The notes beneath the pieces are model-generated. The model saw only the letters and a program-made list of their open reading frames with translations, searched no databases and was not told where the DNA came from. From Haliotis rufescens (taxonomy: Eukaryota), in NCBI RefSeq assembly GCF_023055435.1, contig NW_025963857.1, forward strand, positions 1,488,001 through 1,552,000: a DNA stretch of 64,000 nucleotides, in the 5' to 3' direction. Every line of letters starts with the position of its first letter. Positions within the stretch are counted from its first letter, which is position 1. This document shows positions 26,011 through 38,076 of the stretch, one piece after another. A program made the position numbers and the translations under genes.

Positions 26011-28247
26011 TCAGATGGATGACTCTATGTAGAAGGTAGTCACCAGGATGTCACTCGTGCTGGTACTTGTGATACCCTGGGGATACTTCAGTGCTGTGTC
26101 TCCTGTAGGGCTGTAGGTGAACACCACATCTCCCTCGGGGGTCAAACACACGAAACACTCGGTTCCACCGTCTGATACCAGGATGTTTCCTGTCCTCGTG
26201 GTACAGAGATAGTTGGGTCTTTTTAAGATGTTGATACCATTTTGGAGTGGACTGATTGACCTCAGAACGTTTCCCGTCATATCCAGGATATCAACACAGG
26301 GAGGATACCGGGAACTAGCTGCTAGTGTTGATGGTGTCAGGGACGTTATGCCCCAGTACTTTTTGCTGGTTTTGATAGTTGACAGCAGCACCAGGTCAGG
26401 GTTGACTTCTACTGTTACATTCAGTTTGATGTTCCGGACAGTGACGGCCACCTGGTTGTGTGTCAACTTTGTCAGACCCCGTGGTTTACCACCCAGACTG
26501 AGTTTACTGTGACGTGTCTGGTTATTCCTGGTGTAGAAGGACTTCACACTATCGTTGTTGTGGTCGGTGACTACAACTGTATCTGTGTCATTCACCACCA
26601 TCACTGTCACGTTTCTTGGGGATGATGTGGTACTGTCCCCTGTTACTCTGACATCAATGGTGTCCTGTAACACAGGAGTAGACTTCAGGTCCAGCACACC
26701 CTCATACATGACGTCTATCTTAACCAGCTGTAGATCGTCCAGAGATTTACTCAGCTTGTCTGTGTCCTGTCTGAATGTGACCCCGGTTATTCTTCCTCCC
26801 TCCTTCACATCTACGTCTCCGACAGCCTCCACATCATCCGCCTCACATCCCTGATACATCTCATACACATCCATGTCACACTCAGATTGTAGAGCCTGGT
26901 CTATCAGCTCAGCCTGTTGTTGGTACATCTGTACTGACATCTCACCTGACTTGATGTCTGCCTTCAGTTGTCTGATGTGTTTGTCTGACATCTCTTTCAG
27001 TTCATTTAGAAGTTTCTGTTCCTTGAGTTTTATCCCTTGTATTGCCTTCAGACTTGCAGACTTGATGTCGGATTCCGTCTGTGAATGTTGACGTATTTCT
27101 TCTGCCATCACTGATTTCTTTTTCTGCACCTCTGTGTTTCGTTTGTGTCTTCTCCTTGACAAAGTCTCTTTCATCTTCACCAGCTCTGTCTTCACAGCCA
27201 TCATTTCCGACTCGAGTGTGACGACCGAGTCACATTTCCTGTGGTAGATAGTGCAGCATATCTGACAAACAGCTTTCTTACAATCTTTACACAGATATTT
27301 GATAGTTTCGTCCTTGTGCTCTTTACATGTCACCTTGCGTCTTCTTCTGACCTTGACCTCGCCGGAGAGGTCAATGACTTTGTGTTTCCGTAATGACGGG
27401 ATGCGGTTGTGAGCTCCAGTACATTTGTCACAGAGTGCCTCATCACAGACCAAGCACCAAACAACAGCTGGAGTTATCTCCCCTTCCTCTCTACAGTAGC
27501 AGCAGGAGGCTGTATCTGCAAATGTACATTAATCTTCAATGTGGTGTGTGTATCGTGGGGAGAAGAGGAGCCATCTATATGTGGTGTATTTCAACCATTA
27601 TTCTATTTTCACTACAATGGATTTTCTATGTTATTTGTTGAATCTACATCTGTCCAAGCTCTTCTCCAATATTCACACAGCTCATGTGAACTAGGTGATA
27701 TTGTTACTGCAGACATTGCCACCATGTAAGATGAGGATGTATCTACTATGAATTCATACTGTCAGAATTTCGGCAAATACACCAAAACCACCATGGACAA
27801 ACGTGAAGCAACAATAATAACAAGTATCACAATTAAACATACACCTTCCTATGCAGAAATACATGTAGGTACAAGTTCTCAGTTAAATTTACTTTTTGTA
27901 TATCAAATCTCAGTAAATTAGTTTGCATCCTGTTGAGGCACAATCACTACTGTACCCGTAGATCCTGGACCAAACGAGTCCAAGAGTCCCTGGATGATAA
28001 AGGTCGGCTTGACGTCATCCGCCCACTCCTCCACTGGTCTCTCAGGGGCAGACACTTTCGTCATTTTGTTGCAGAATGGACAGAGGAGGGACTTGGCACT
28101 GATGGCTTCTGGTCTGGTTTTTGTGTAGTTGACGACACATTTTCGACAGAAGGTGTGATTGCACACAAGCGTACAGGGATTATCAAACACCTCTGTGCAT
28201 ATTGTACAGGTCAGGAAATGTTCCGTTAGCTTCTGAGAGGTCGCCAT
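26011..28247 (-). CDS. TRIM (RING, 2 B-boxes, coiled coil, NHL beta-propeller) E3 ligase-like gene copy 2, C-terminally truncated by a frameshift
   Basis: Exons 28247..27956 (RING, 292 nt) and 27515..26011 give 598 aa in frame with GT-AG sites. A 4-nt deletion at ~26040 causes an early TGA; the ancestral frame continues open to TGA 25867-25865 (...VIKVFTCKH*). Confidence 0.85.
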
Positions 28248-29349
28248 CTGAAACATTTGAAGAACATTTTACACAATACATATACCTTATACATGAGTGA
28301 GTATGATGAGTGATAGCCATATTCCAGCAATATCACGGCGGGTGACACCATAAATGGGCTTCACTCATTGTACCCATGTCGGGAATCGATCCCGGGTCTT
28401 CGGCGTGACGAGGGAACGCTTTAATCACCAGGCTACCTGACCGCCCCCTTATAATTGAGCCTTCATGACATGAATATATATCCAAGTATATTCAGGTGAT
28501 ACGATTCTTGCTCAAAAGTGGTTTGATCAAGGTTACAACATTCTAGGCCTCAGTAGAGCTTTCAGAAAGATTAACGGTACACATTTGAATGACATTTCAA
28601 AATGTTATGCATCAGTGACAAGACTGTCCGATGCAATTCCCTATGTCTAATTCAGTTGAACAATTGACTTGCTTTTGCATGTGTTTGTTATGTTATTAGT
28701 GGTGTAGGACATTATCGCCTCGTGGGTGTCATTCACTGGCGGTGTAGAGGGAAAGTGCATACCCGTGACAGAATATCCCCATCCGGACAGGTAAAGTCTA
28801 CGTCTGTGCAATATCTACACTTAAGAATTATACCGCCTCCATGGACTATTAGAGAGAGCGTTTGCTGGCTGCCAGGATATAGTTTCAATATTGGTGAGAC
28901 GCAAAACAACATTCACAGACATTCCACAAAGACTAAATGGATGGCTTCAACTGTCCAGTACTTAACTTTCCTTTATGTCGAGCAATATTCCAGAAGCACT
29001 AGTCTACTACATTTCACAACATATGAGGTACAAGTTCCGTTGATTGAACTCGCGAAATAACGTAGACTCTCACTACAGTACGTCCCAACTGATACCGCAT
29101 CATGTGGGTCTAGTCTTCTCATAGTCCTTCCTTGAACAAATATTACATGATATGTAGTATTTAATGCATGACAAGAGGGTGACTTCAACTTTCCAATGGC
29201 CAACTTTCCCTTTTATGTCAAGCAATATTTCAGCTGCTGAAGTCTTTGGTGTCCACATAACACATATTTTGAGGTATACTCGAGCATGCTCTTTCTATGA
29301 AGATTTCAAAGAGCGTCATTTGTTGTTTGATCAGGGCCACAACGTACAG

Positions 29350-29620
29350 ACCCGTGACCATCCGGGGTATAATAAGTCTTCAGCAACCCATGCTTGCTGT
29401 AACAGGCGACTATGCTTGTCGTAAGAGGCGGATAACGGGATCGGGTGGTCAGGCTCGCTGACATGGTTGATGCATGTCATAGTATCTCAATTACGTGGAT
29501 TGATGCTCATATGTCCCTCACTGGACTGTCTGGTCGAGACTCCATAATTTACAGACCGCCGTCATATAGCTGAAATATTGCTGAGTGCGACGTTAAACAA
29601 CAAACAAAACAACAACAAAA
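29350..29620 (+). mobile_element. Retroposon family C, full-length copy
   Basis: Paralog of 13633..13902, inserted at the same point in the PLE relic; ends gcgacgttaaacaacaaacaaaac. Confidence 0.8.
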
Positions 29621-30539
29621 AAACTCAGTAAAGCTTCCATAAAGAGGTTACGGTAGACAAATGGGGGGTATTTCCAAATTTAACGCATCCATGGGGAAAA
29701 CTATGTCCGTTACAATTCCCTATTTTGCCTTGAACCATATGTTCCTGTGATTGCTAAGGTAAACAATTGACTTGCCTTTGCATGTGTTTGTGATGGGTAT
29801 CATCGGTGAGGCAGGATACACTCAGCTTTTAGCAAACACCTAGTATCGTCACTATGGGTAAATGATTCATAAACACATGCTTACTTTTAGTTGAGATTTC
29901 CTATGACTATGGAAATGCTTGTTTGTCATCGCGTTTATCTCATGAGCTCTTAAGGAAGACGCTAATGGATGCCCTAAGCCTGGAAGACCTTAAGTGGGAT
30001 CACCGCATTCTTGAATGAGTTGTATTCTTAATGGAAACAAATGACGTACAGATATTTTTCTCTTTTTCTATAGTCATATCAGTCTTGAAAAGTTTTCTGT
30101 TTTAGATGATGTGGATGGAACCAGCAGAGACGTGATGAGCAGGAAGTAACAGAAAAATGGACGGAACACTATACAGGATTAAATTTCGTCTGTTTTTGCT
30201 TGTTCTCGGTGCTATCGCAATTTTGATTCTGTTTTCTTGTATTTCCACCCGTGAAGATCCGGGGTAGGATTGGTCTTCAGCAACCCATGCTTGTCGTAAA
30301 AGGCGAATATGCTTGTCGTTAGAGGCGACAAGGGATCGGGCGACTTGGGTAAATTACTCTTAATGTAAATAATTTTACATTATGGGTCACGTGTTAACTC
30401 TTGTTACAACCCTTAATGTAAAAATTACTCTTTATGTAAAAATATTTACATTATTCAAAGTTCGGATCTGGTGATTTGGGATCCTGATACGTCAATTCTT
30501 AGTTCTTACATGTCACGTGTCACATGTCACATGTCCCCC

Positions 30540-32360
30540 ACCTCACCAAGATTACCCTGAACACCCACTGGTTCAGAATTCAGCGACGAGAAATAGTCCC
30601 CCAAGTCTTGTATATCAATAGGGTTGGGTCGTTGCGGTCGTCCAGACACACGCGTTATCTTGTCCCAGAAACGTTTAGAGTCTACCGCTGCTGCATTTTC
30701 TAGGTCACTCCTTTTACATTGTGCAAACTGATCCTTCTTGATTCCACACAGTTATCTGTATTCTTGCAAACTTTATTATACTTAAAAAGGTAGGAGTTAT
30801 CTTCTTTCTTCTGAACGCATTTAAATTATGGCATCGTTCAGTTTTTTTTACAGAGCCATTTATCATCATCGGGGAACATGTCACTCGATGCTAAACAATA
30901 ATATATATCAGAACTAAACCCAAAATGTCCAATAGGGGGCACGGGTGGCCCAGTCGTCTAAAGCGCAGCGATTCGCTGTGCAGAGTTGCTTCCCTTGGGC
31001 ACACCAGAAACCTTTGATTGTGGGTTCGAACCCCGGTTCGCCCCTATTATGTTGCTAGGTTTGTCAGCACCATACCCGTGCTCGTGGGTTACATCGATTT
31101 GGGTTTGGGTTTTTTGTTTAACGCCGCACACCAATATTACAGCCCATTGACGGCGGTCTGTAAATAATCGAGTCTGGACCAGACAATCCAGTGATTGATA
31201 TCATGAGCATCGATCCACGCAATTGGGATCGATGACATGCATCAACCAAGTCAGCAAGCCTGACCACCCGATCCTGTTAGTCGCCTTTTACGACAAGCAT
31301 AGTCGCCTTTTACGGTTACTGAAGACCTATTCTTCCCCAGATCTTCACGGGTCGGGGTTTCATCGAAGTGGCAAACGTCTGAGGCCTGCATCACTTGGGG
31401 CTTTCCTCCAACGTTTAGCTGCAACGCCGTGATATAACGGGAATACTGTTAAAAGCGGAGTTAAAACCAACTAAATAAATGTTGGTAATGTTGGTAATAA
31501 ATGTACAGTCACCGATTTGATAGTCAGTTCCAAATCTTCCATTCACAATATGTATGTTCAAATTTGAACACGTTTTCAAAAGATTTTTCAAAGGTATTTA
31601 GTAATTTATCACATGAATATCTTTCCATCTCAAATTGTGTAAATAACTCTACAAAGTAAATATTACTTTCAGCATGGTGAATAACATCGTTCTCCACATA
31701 GTCCGTGAAGATCCGGGGTACAAAAGCTCTTCAGCAACCCATTGTTGAGTGCGGTGTTAAACAACTAACAAATAAACAAACAAATCCAAGTACAATGATA
31801 GAAACAGCTGGGTACTCTTACAGTGTACTCAATAAAAAATACAGCAAAATCTCTACCCCATTTTGTCTATCTTTGTTGTCACACCAGGTCGATTTCTACG
31901 GATGGATATATGTAAACACACATAATGTAGCTCTACTGAAACCAAACATACTTTTATCCAACAGAATAGTAATAACATGTTCTCTGTATCGAACATCAAT
32001 AACATGTCTTACGAGTGAATATTGTATCAAAAGTATACCTCCCGAATACCTCCCGAACTTGAACCTTTTTGTGGCTTCTATATTCCTTGCAATGTAAGAT
32101 ATGCTTTTGCATAACCTTCGACCTTGACGGCAGCACCCGCTCCTGATCCACAGTTGACGATGTTCCACTTGAGTCGCGATCTGCAACTGGAGCCGACAAC
32201 TGATGCTCATCACCTTCCAGAGTAGTAGCTGGCATGTCCTCAATGACGAGCCTGCCATTCTTATAATAGCCCCTCTTGTTCTCAGGTCTGAGCAAAGTCA
32301 GTTTCTCACGCTGTCGCTTATTACGAATAATTGCAAGAAACCGAGCAAAAAAATAAAAAA
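30540..32360 (-). mobile_element. APE-type non-LTR retrotransposon (LINE) relic interrupted by SINEs; clade not determined
   Basis: Endonuclease-like FGRYSGGILLI..ITILLDKSMFG..LCVFTYIHP at ~32060-31890; linker-like DSKRFWDKITRVSG..IDIQDLGDYFSSLN at ~30690-30570; ORF1-end-like KRGYYKNGRLVIE at ~32270. Confidence 0.6.
30935..31480 (+). mobile_element. tRNA-SINE family A with a nested antisense family C element (31098..31354)
   Basis: A box ggtggcccagtcgtctaa and B box ggttcgaaccc. The body is split by an antisense family C copy flanked by a 12-bp duplication, gggttacatcga (31086-31097) / gggtttcatcga (31355-31366). Confidence 0.88.
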
Positions 32361-32774
32361 CATGAAAATAGCAAAAAGGATCCTACATTTCCAATCAAAC
32401 TTGGATGTCAATTACTGGATTGTCGGGTCCAGACTTGATTATTTACAGACCGCCGTCATATAGCTGGAATATTGCTGAGTGCAGCGTTAAACAACAAACG
32501 GAGAAATGAAATCGTGTATTCCGAGTGTCCAAATGACTAATACATTGACAATATAAAAGAAGTTAGGTATATCAGTATCCAGACCAGACTATCTGTCAGT
32601 GTGAACATTAACATAATTTCACTCTATCGCAACTGTCTGTAACTGACTTGACATTATATGTGAACCTATATCTTCATTGACCGCTGCTTCCGTACGGAGA
32701 GATGACGTGTGTAGCTCCAGAATGTACAGTACGTGAAAACACTCACAACTCCCAATGAAGTGTACATTAGGTGA

Positions 32775-34318
32775 TATACTCTGCGAAAAAAGTAACGCAG
32801 AAGAAGTAAAATCGTAAATATTGCCGTCATCAGTAAATATCTGACAGAATGTTGCCGACATCAGTAAATATCTGACAGAGTGCTGTCGACATCAGTGAAT
32901 ATCTGACAGTGTTGCTGACATCAGTAAATATCTGACAGTGTTGCTGACATCAGTAAATATCTGACAGTGTTGCTGACATCAGTAAATATCTGACAGTGTT
33001 GCCGACATCAGTAAATATCTGACAGTGTTGCCGATATCAGTAAATATCTGACAGTGTTGCCGACATCAGTAAATATCTGACAGTGTTGCTGACATCAGTA
33101 AATATCTGACAGTGTTGCCGACATCAGTAAATATCTGACAGTGTTGCCGACATCCATGCAACATTAATACCAAATTTGGTAGTTTCTGCAAGGATTGGGA
33201 TTGATTTGTGTGGAAAGAATGAGGTACTGCAGACATTTGGTGAAAAGATGAAAAAAATGCAAAAACACTACCACGTTAGACAGCACGTGACCTTCCCATA
33301 TCCGGTCGGCCACGTATCACAACTAGAGCACAGGACAGATTCATACGGCTACGGCACCTACTTCAAAGAACCACCACGGCCACCTCTACAACTGACAATA
33401 CCAGGATTGCGTAGGATATCAGTCCAGACTGTCAGGAACCGTTTGCGCGAGGGTATTCGCGCTTGACGGACCTACATCGTCGGCGGCGACGTCAATGGTG
33501 TCAAGGTCACAGAGCATAGCCTCAACTGCGATGGAGACAAGTTTGGTTTAGTGACAGTCACGTTTTATGCTTCGCCTTGCGGATGGAAGACGTCGTGTTT
33601 ACAGGTGTCACGGTGAATGTTATGCACGACACTGCATACAGGAAGTGGACAAATTTGGTGGTGGTGATGTGATAATGTGAGAGTTTAACGGCACAACATT
33701 ACACGGTTGAGATTCTTCGGCCACAAGTCCTTCCCATTATGCTGCTAGTGAATGTAATTTTCCATCAAGACAACGCCGGATTTCACACGAGAAGACTGAC
33801 AACAGCCTTTTTCAGGAATCACAACATCCAGGCCTTGCCACGGCCCTCCAGATTAAAACCCAATATGGGATGCACTGGATCAGCGACTGCGACCACGTCA
33901 GCAACAACCACATAACCCCCGACAGTTGGCACAAGAACTGCAGGCGGAGTGAGTGAACATTCCCCAGGCCACAATTCGGGATCTGACTGCTTCCATGGGA
34001 CGACGATGCTAGTCAGTGTTTGACTCTCATGGTGGCCATACAAGATATTGAGAACAGATGATCTTCACCTTGAAACTCTAGTGTTCCGGGTGTGCCACAT
34101 CGAACCTGGGTCAATGACAATGACGTTTGCCAATTTTAAACAATTGGTATCCATCTGTTGATTATTTATATGACATATATAATATAAGCCAGATAACAAG
34201 ACATATAAAGCTCTTATATCGAGGCACTAGGGTATATCGCTAGTTCCCACATCTCTTCTCAAAGTACATACTTCTCGTTCTGTTTCTATGGCTCGCGTTT
34301 CTTTTGGCGGTGAGTATA
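32775..34318 (+). mobile_element. Internally deleted Tc1/mariner element with TA ends
   Basis: Left end TA-tactctgcgaaaaaagtaacgc; right end gcgtttcttttggcggtgagta-TA. Relic motifs VQTVRNRLRE, WRQVWFSD, FHQDNAG and HGGHTRY*. Confidence 0.85.
32813..33152. repeat. 29-bp minisatellite (about 11-12 copies) inside the Tc1 left end
   Basis: Unit tgttgc(c/t)gacatcagtaaatatctgacag; the first units are 31 bp. Confidence 0.95.
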
Positions 34319-34527
34319 GTTATCATGTGACTGACAGTGCTGAGTGAAACTGTATCCCTTCTTAACATAAGAGTTTATCTCACTACTGTAACATCGCACA
34401 TAACTAGAATTTATGTAATGACATTGTTTTTTTTATTATTGATGAGTGGTAATTCTCTGGCGTTGACATTGTATATTTCAAGCATCATAAAACATCGCAT
34501 ATGGTTAAATGGACATTTCTTGTTACA

Positions 34528-37215
34528 AGGTCGGCAATATCACAGCTGTCATTGCAGACTGCAATGTGTGATCATATTTGATGGAGGTCAACAACATCAC
34601 ACCTGTCACTGCAGCCTGCGATGTGTTATCAGGCCTGGAGGTCAGCAATATCACAGCTGTCACTGCAGCCTGCAATGTGTGATCTGACCTGATGGAGGTC
34701 AGCAATATCACAGCTGTCACTGCTGCCTGCAAAGTGTGATCAGACCTGGAGGTCGGCAATATCACAGCTGTCACTGCTGCCTGCAATGTGTGATCAGACC
34801 TGATAGAGGTCAGCAATATCACAGCTGTCACTGCAGCCTGCAATGTGTGATCACATCTGATGGAGGTCAGCAATATCACAGCTGTCACTGCAGCCTGCAA
34901 TGTGTGATCTGACCCGATGGAGGTCAGCAATATTACAGATGTCACTGCAGCCTGCAATGTGTGATCACACCTGAAGGTCAACAATATCACAGTTGTCACT
35001 GCAGCCTGCAATGTGTGATCTGACCCGATGGAGGTCAGCAATATTACAGATGTCACTGCAGCCTGCAATGTGTGATCTGACCTGATGGAGGTCAGCAATA
35101 TCACAGCTGTCACTGCAGCCTGCAATGTGTGATCTGACCCGATGGAGGTCAGCAATATTACAGATGTCACTGCAGCCTGCAATGTGTGATCTGACCCGAT
35201 GGAGGTCAGCAATATTACAGATGTCACTGCAGCCTGCAATGTGTGATCACACCTGAAGGTCAACAATATCACAGCTGTCACTGCAGCCTGCAATGTGTGA
35301 TCTGACCTGAAGGAGGTCAGCAATATCACAGCTGTCACTGCAGCCTGCAATGTGTGATCTGAACTGAAGGAGGTCAGCAATATCACAGCTGTCACTGCAG
35401 CCTGCAATGTGTGATCTGAGCTGATGGAGGTCAGCAATATCACAGCTGTCACTGCAGCCTGCAATGTGTGATCTGACCTGAAGGTCAACAATATCACACC
35501 TGTCACTGCAGCCTGCAATGTGTGATCAGACCTGAAGGAGGTCAGCAATATCACAGCTGTCACTGCAGCCTGCAGTGTGTGATCAGACCTGATGGAGGTC
35601 AGCAATATCACAGCTGTCACTGCAGCCTGCAATGTGTAATCTGACCTGAAGAAGATCAGCAATATCACAGCTGTCACTGCAGCCTGCAATGTGTGATCAG
35701 ACCTGAAGGAGGTCAGCAATATCACAGCTGTCACTGCAGCCTGCAATGTGTGATCTGACCTGGAGAAAATCAGCAATATCACACCTGTCACTGCAGCCTG
35801 CAATGTGTGATCAGACCTGAAGGAGGTCAGCAATATCACAGCTGTCACTGCAGCCTGCAATGTGTGATTAGACCTGATGGAGGTCAGCAATATCACAGCT
35901 GTCACTGCTGCCTGCAATGTGTGATCTGACCTGAAGAAGATCAGCAATATCACAGCTGTCACTGCAGCCTGCAATGTGTGATCTGAGCTGATGGAGGTCA
36001 GCAATATCACAGCTGTCACTGCAGCCTGCAATGTGTGATCAGACCTGATGGAGGTCAGCAATATCACACCTGTCACTGCAGCCTGCAATGTCTGATCTGA
36101 CCTGAAGAAGATCAGCAATATCACAGCTGTCACTGCAGCCTGCAATGTGTGATCAGACCTGAAGGAGGTCAGCAATATCACAGCTGTCACTGCAGCCTGC
36201 AGTGTGTGATTAGACCTGATGGAGGTCAGCAATATCACAGCTGTCACTGCAGCCTGCAATGTGTGATCTGACCTGAAGAAGATCAGCAATATCACAGCTG
36301 TCACTGCAGCCTGCAATGTGTGATCAGACCTGATGGAGGTCAGCAATATCACAGCTGTCACTGCAGCCTGCAATGTGTGATCTGACCTGAAGAAGATCAG
36401 CAATATCACACCTGTCACTGCAGCCTGCAATGTGTGATCAGACCTGAAGGAGGTCAGCAATATCACAGCTGTCACTGCAGCCTGCAATGTGTGATCACAC
36501 CTGAAGAAGATCAGCAATATCACAGCTGTCACTGCAGCCTGCAATGTGTGATCTGACCTGAAGAAGATCAGCAATATCACACCTGTCACTGCAGCCTGCA
36601 ATGTGTGATCAGACCTGAAGGAGGGTCAGCAATATCACACCTGTCACTGCAGCCTGCAATGTGTGATCTGACCTGATGGAGGTCAGCAATATCACAGCTG
36701 TCACTGCAGCCTGCAATGTGTGATCAGACCTGATGGAGGTCAGCAATATCACAGCTGTCACTGCAGCCTGCAATGTGTGATCAGACCTGATGGAGGTCAG
36801 CAATATCAGAGCTGTCACTGCAGCCTGCAATGTGTGATCTGTCCCGATGGAGGTCAGCAATATCACAGCTGTCACTGCAGCCTGCAGTGTGTGATCTGAC
36901 CTGATGGAGGTCAGCAATATCACAGCTGTCACTGCAGCCTGCAATGTGTGATCTGACCTGATGGAGGTCAACAATATCACAGCTGTCACTGCAGCCTGCA
37001 ATGTGTGATCTGACCTGATGGAGGTCAGCAATATCACAGCTGTCACTGCAGCCTGCAATGTGTGATCTGACCTGATGGAGGTCAGCAATATCACAGCTGT
37101 CACTGCAGCCTGCAATGTGTGATCAGACCTGATGGAGGTCAGCAATATCACGGCTGTCACTGCAGTCTGCAATGTGTGATCTGACCTGAAGAAGGTCAGC
37201 AATATCACATCTGTT
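34528..37215. repeat. 57-bp (some 54-bp) minisatellite, about 47 copies
   Basis: Unit gaggtcagcaatatcacagctgtcactgcagcctgcaatgtgtgatctgacctgatg; one minus-strand frame is stop-free (TSIRSDHTLQAAVTAVILL). Confidence 0.97.
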
Positions 37216-38076
37216 TGCATTGGCAATGGAAGTCATGCTTTAATGTCTATATGATTATATCTAAGGTTGTCCAATGCATGTGGGCCCTAGAAGTGGTCAG
37301 TCACAGCACTGCAGTCTCACGCACATGCGCAACACACATGATGACGATAAAAGAAAAACAATATGTCTGTGCAGTTTCCTTTATTTACACAGTAACATTT
37401 TCCGAAAATATGTAACACTGGTAACAACAACCCTGTAGTACCATGACAACGGTTGTCATGGTTACTGAAAGGGGACACATCTGTTTGGAGCCCACTGGCA
37501 GGTTTACATAGGGGTATATGTACAATTGGTGACATAAAGACACCTGTAGAAGGGGAACAGCATGCTCCCAGAGGTATGTTTAGGGGCTGGATAATAAGAT
37601 ACTTTGTACCATTACACTGTTAGAGAGTCAATAGGGATTGTCTCAAAAGTCTGCAATCAACAGCTAGCTTAAAAACATAAGCATAAAAATTTAAATCTAG
37701 ATTTGACCACCCGACTATCATGAATATCCACCTACCTAAAACATGGAAAATAATCCTCAAATTGTGATAAGTCTTTCATTGTAGTGTTCAATGTAAATAC
37801 AATTCACAATTCAGACAAGAATCAAAATTACCTGTTTTGTTAATTTATAATGCAGGAAATAAAAACTTGAGAATACAATGTTGATCACGCTGACCACACT
37901 GAATGCACTGGAGAAGAGTCAGAAATACAAACAGATATTTCTCAAATACATCAGTGATCACTAAATACACGTTACAAAAAGATCGAAACTAATGGGATTC
38001 CCAACCAGACACCTACTATATAAAAGGAATTTCAACTTTTGTGACAACCTCTACCATGCCCACTCTGCCTCCATCA

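Noticed and set aside
34528-37215. CRISPR-like appearance (constant block plus short variable segment)
   Set aside because: The variable parts are a few recurring point variants of one sequence, not unique spacers; eukaryotic context and no cas genes.
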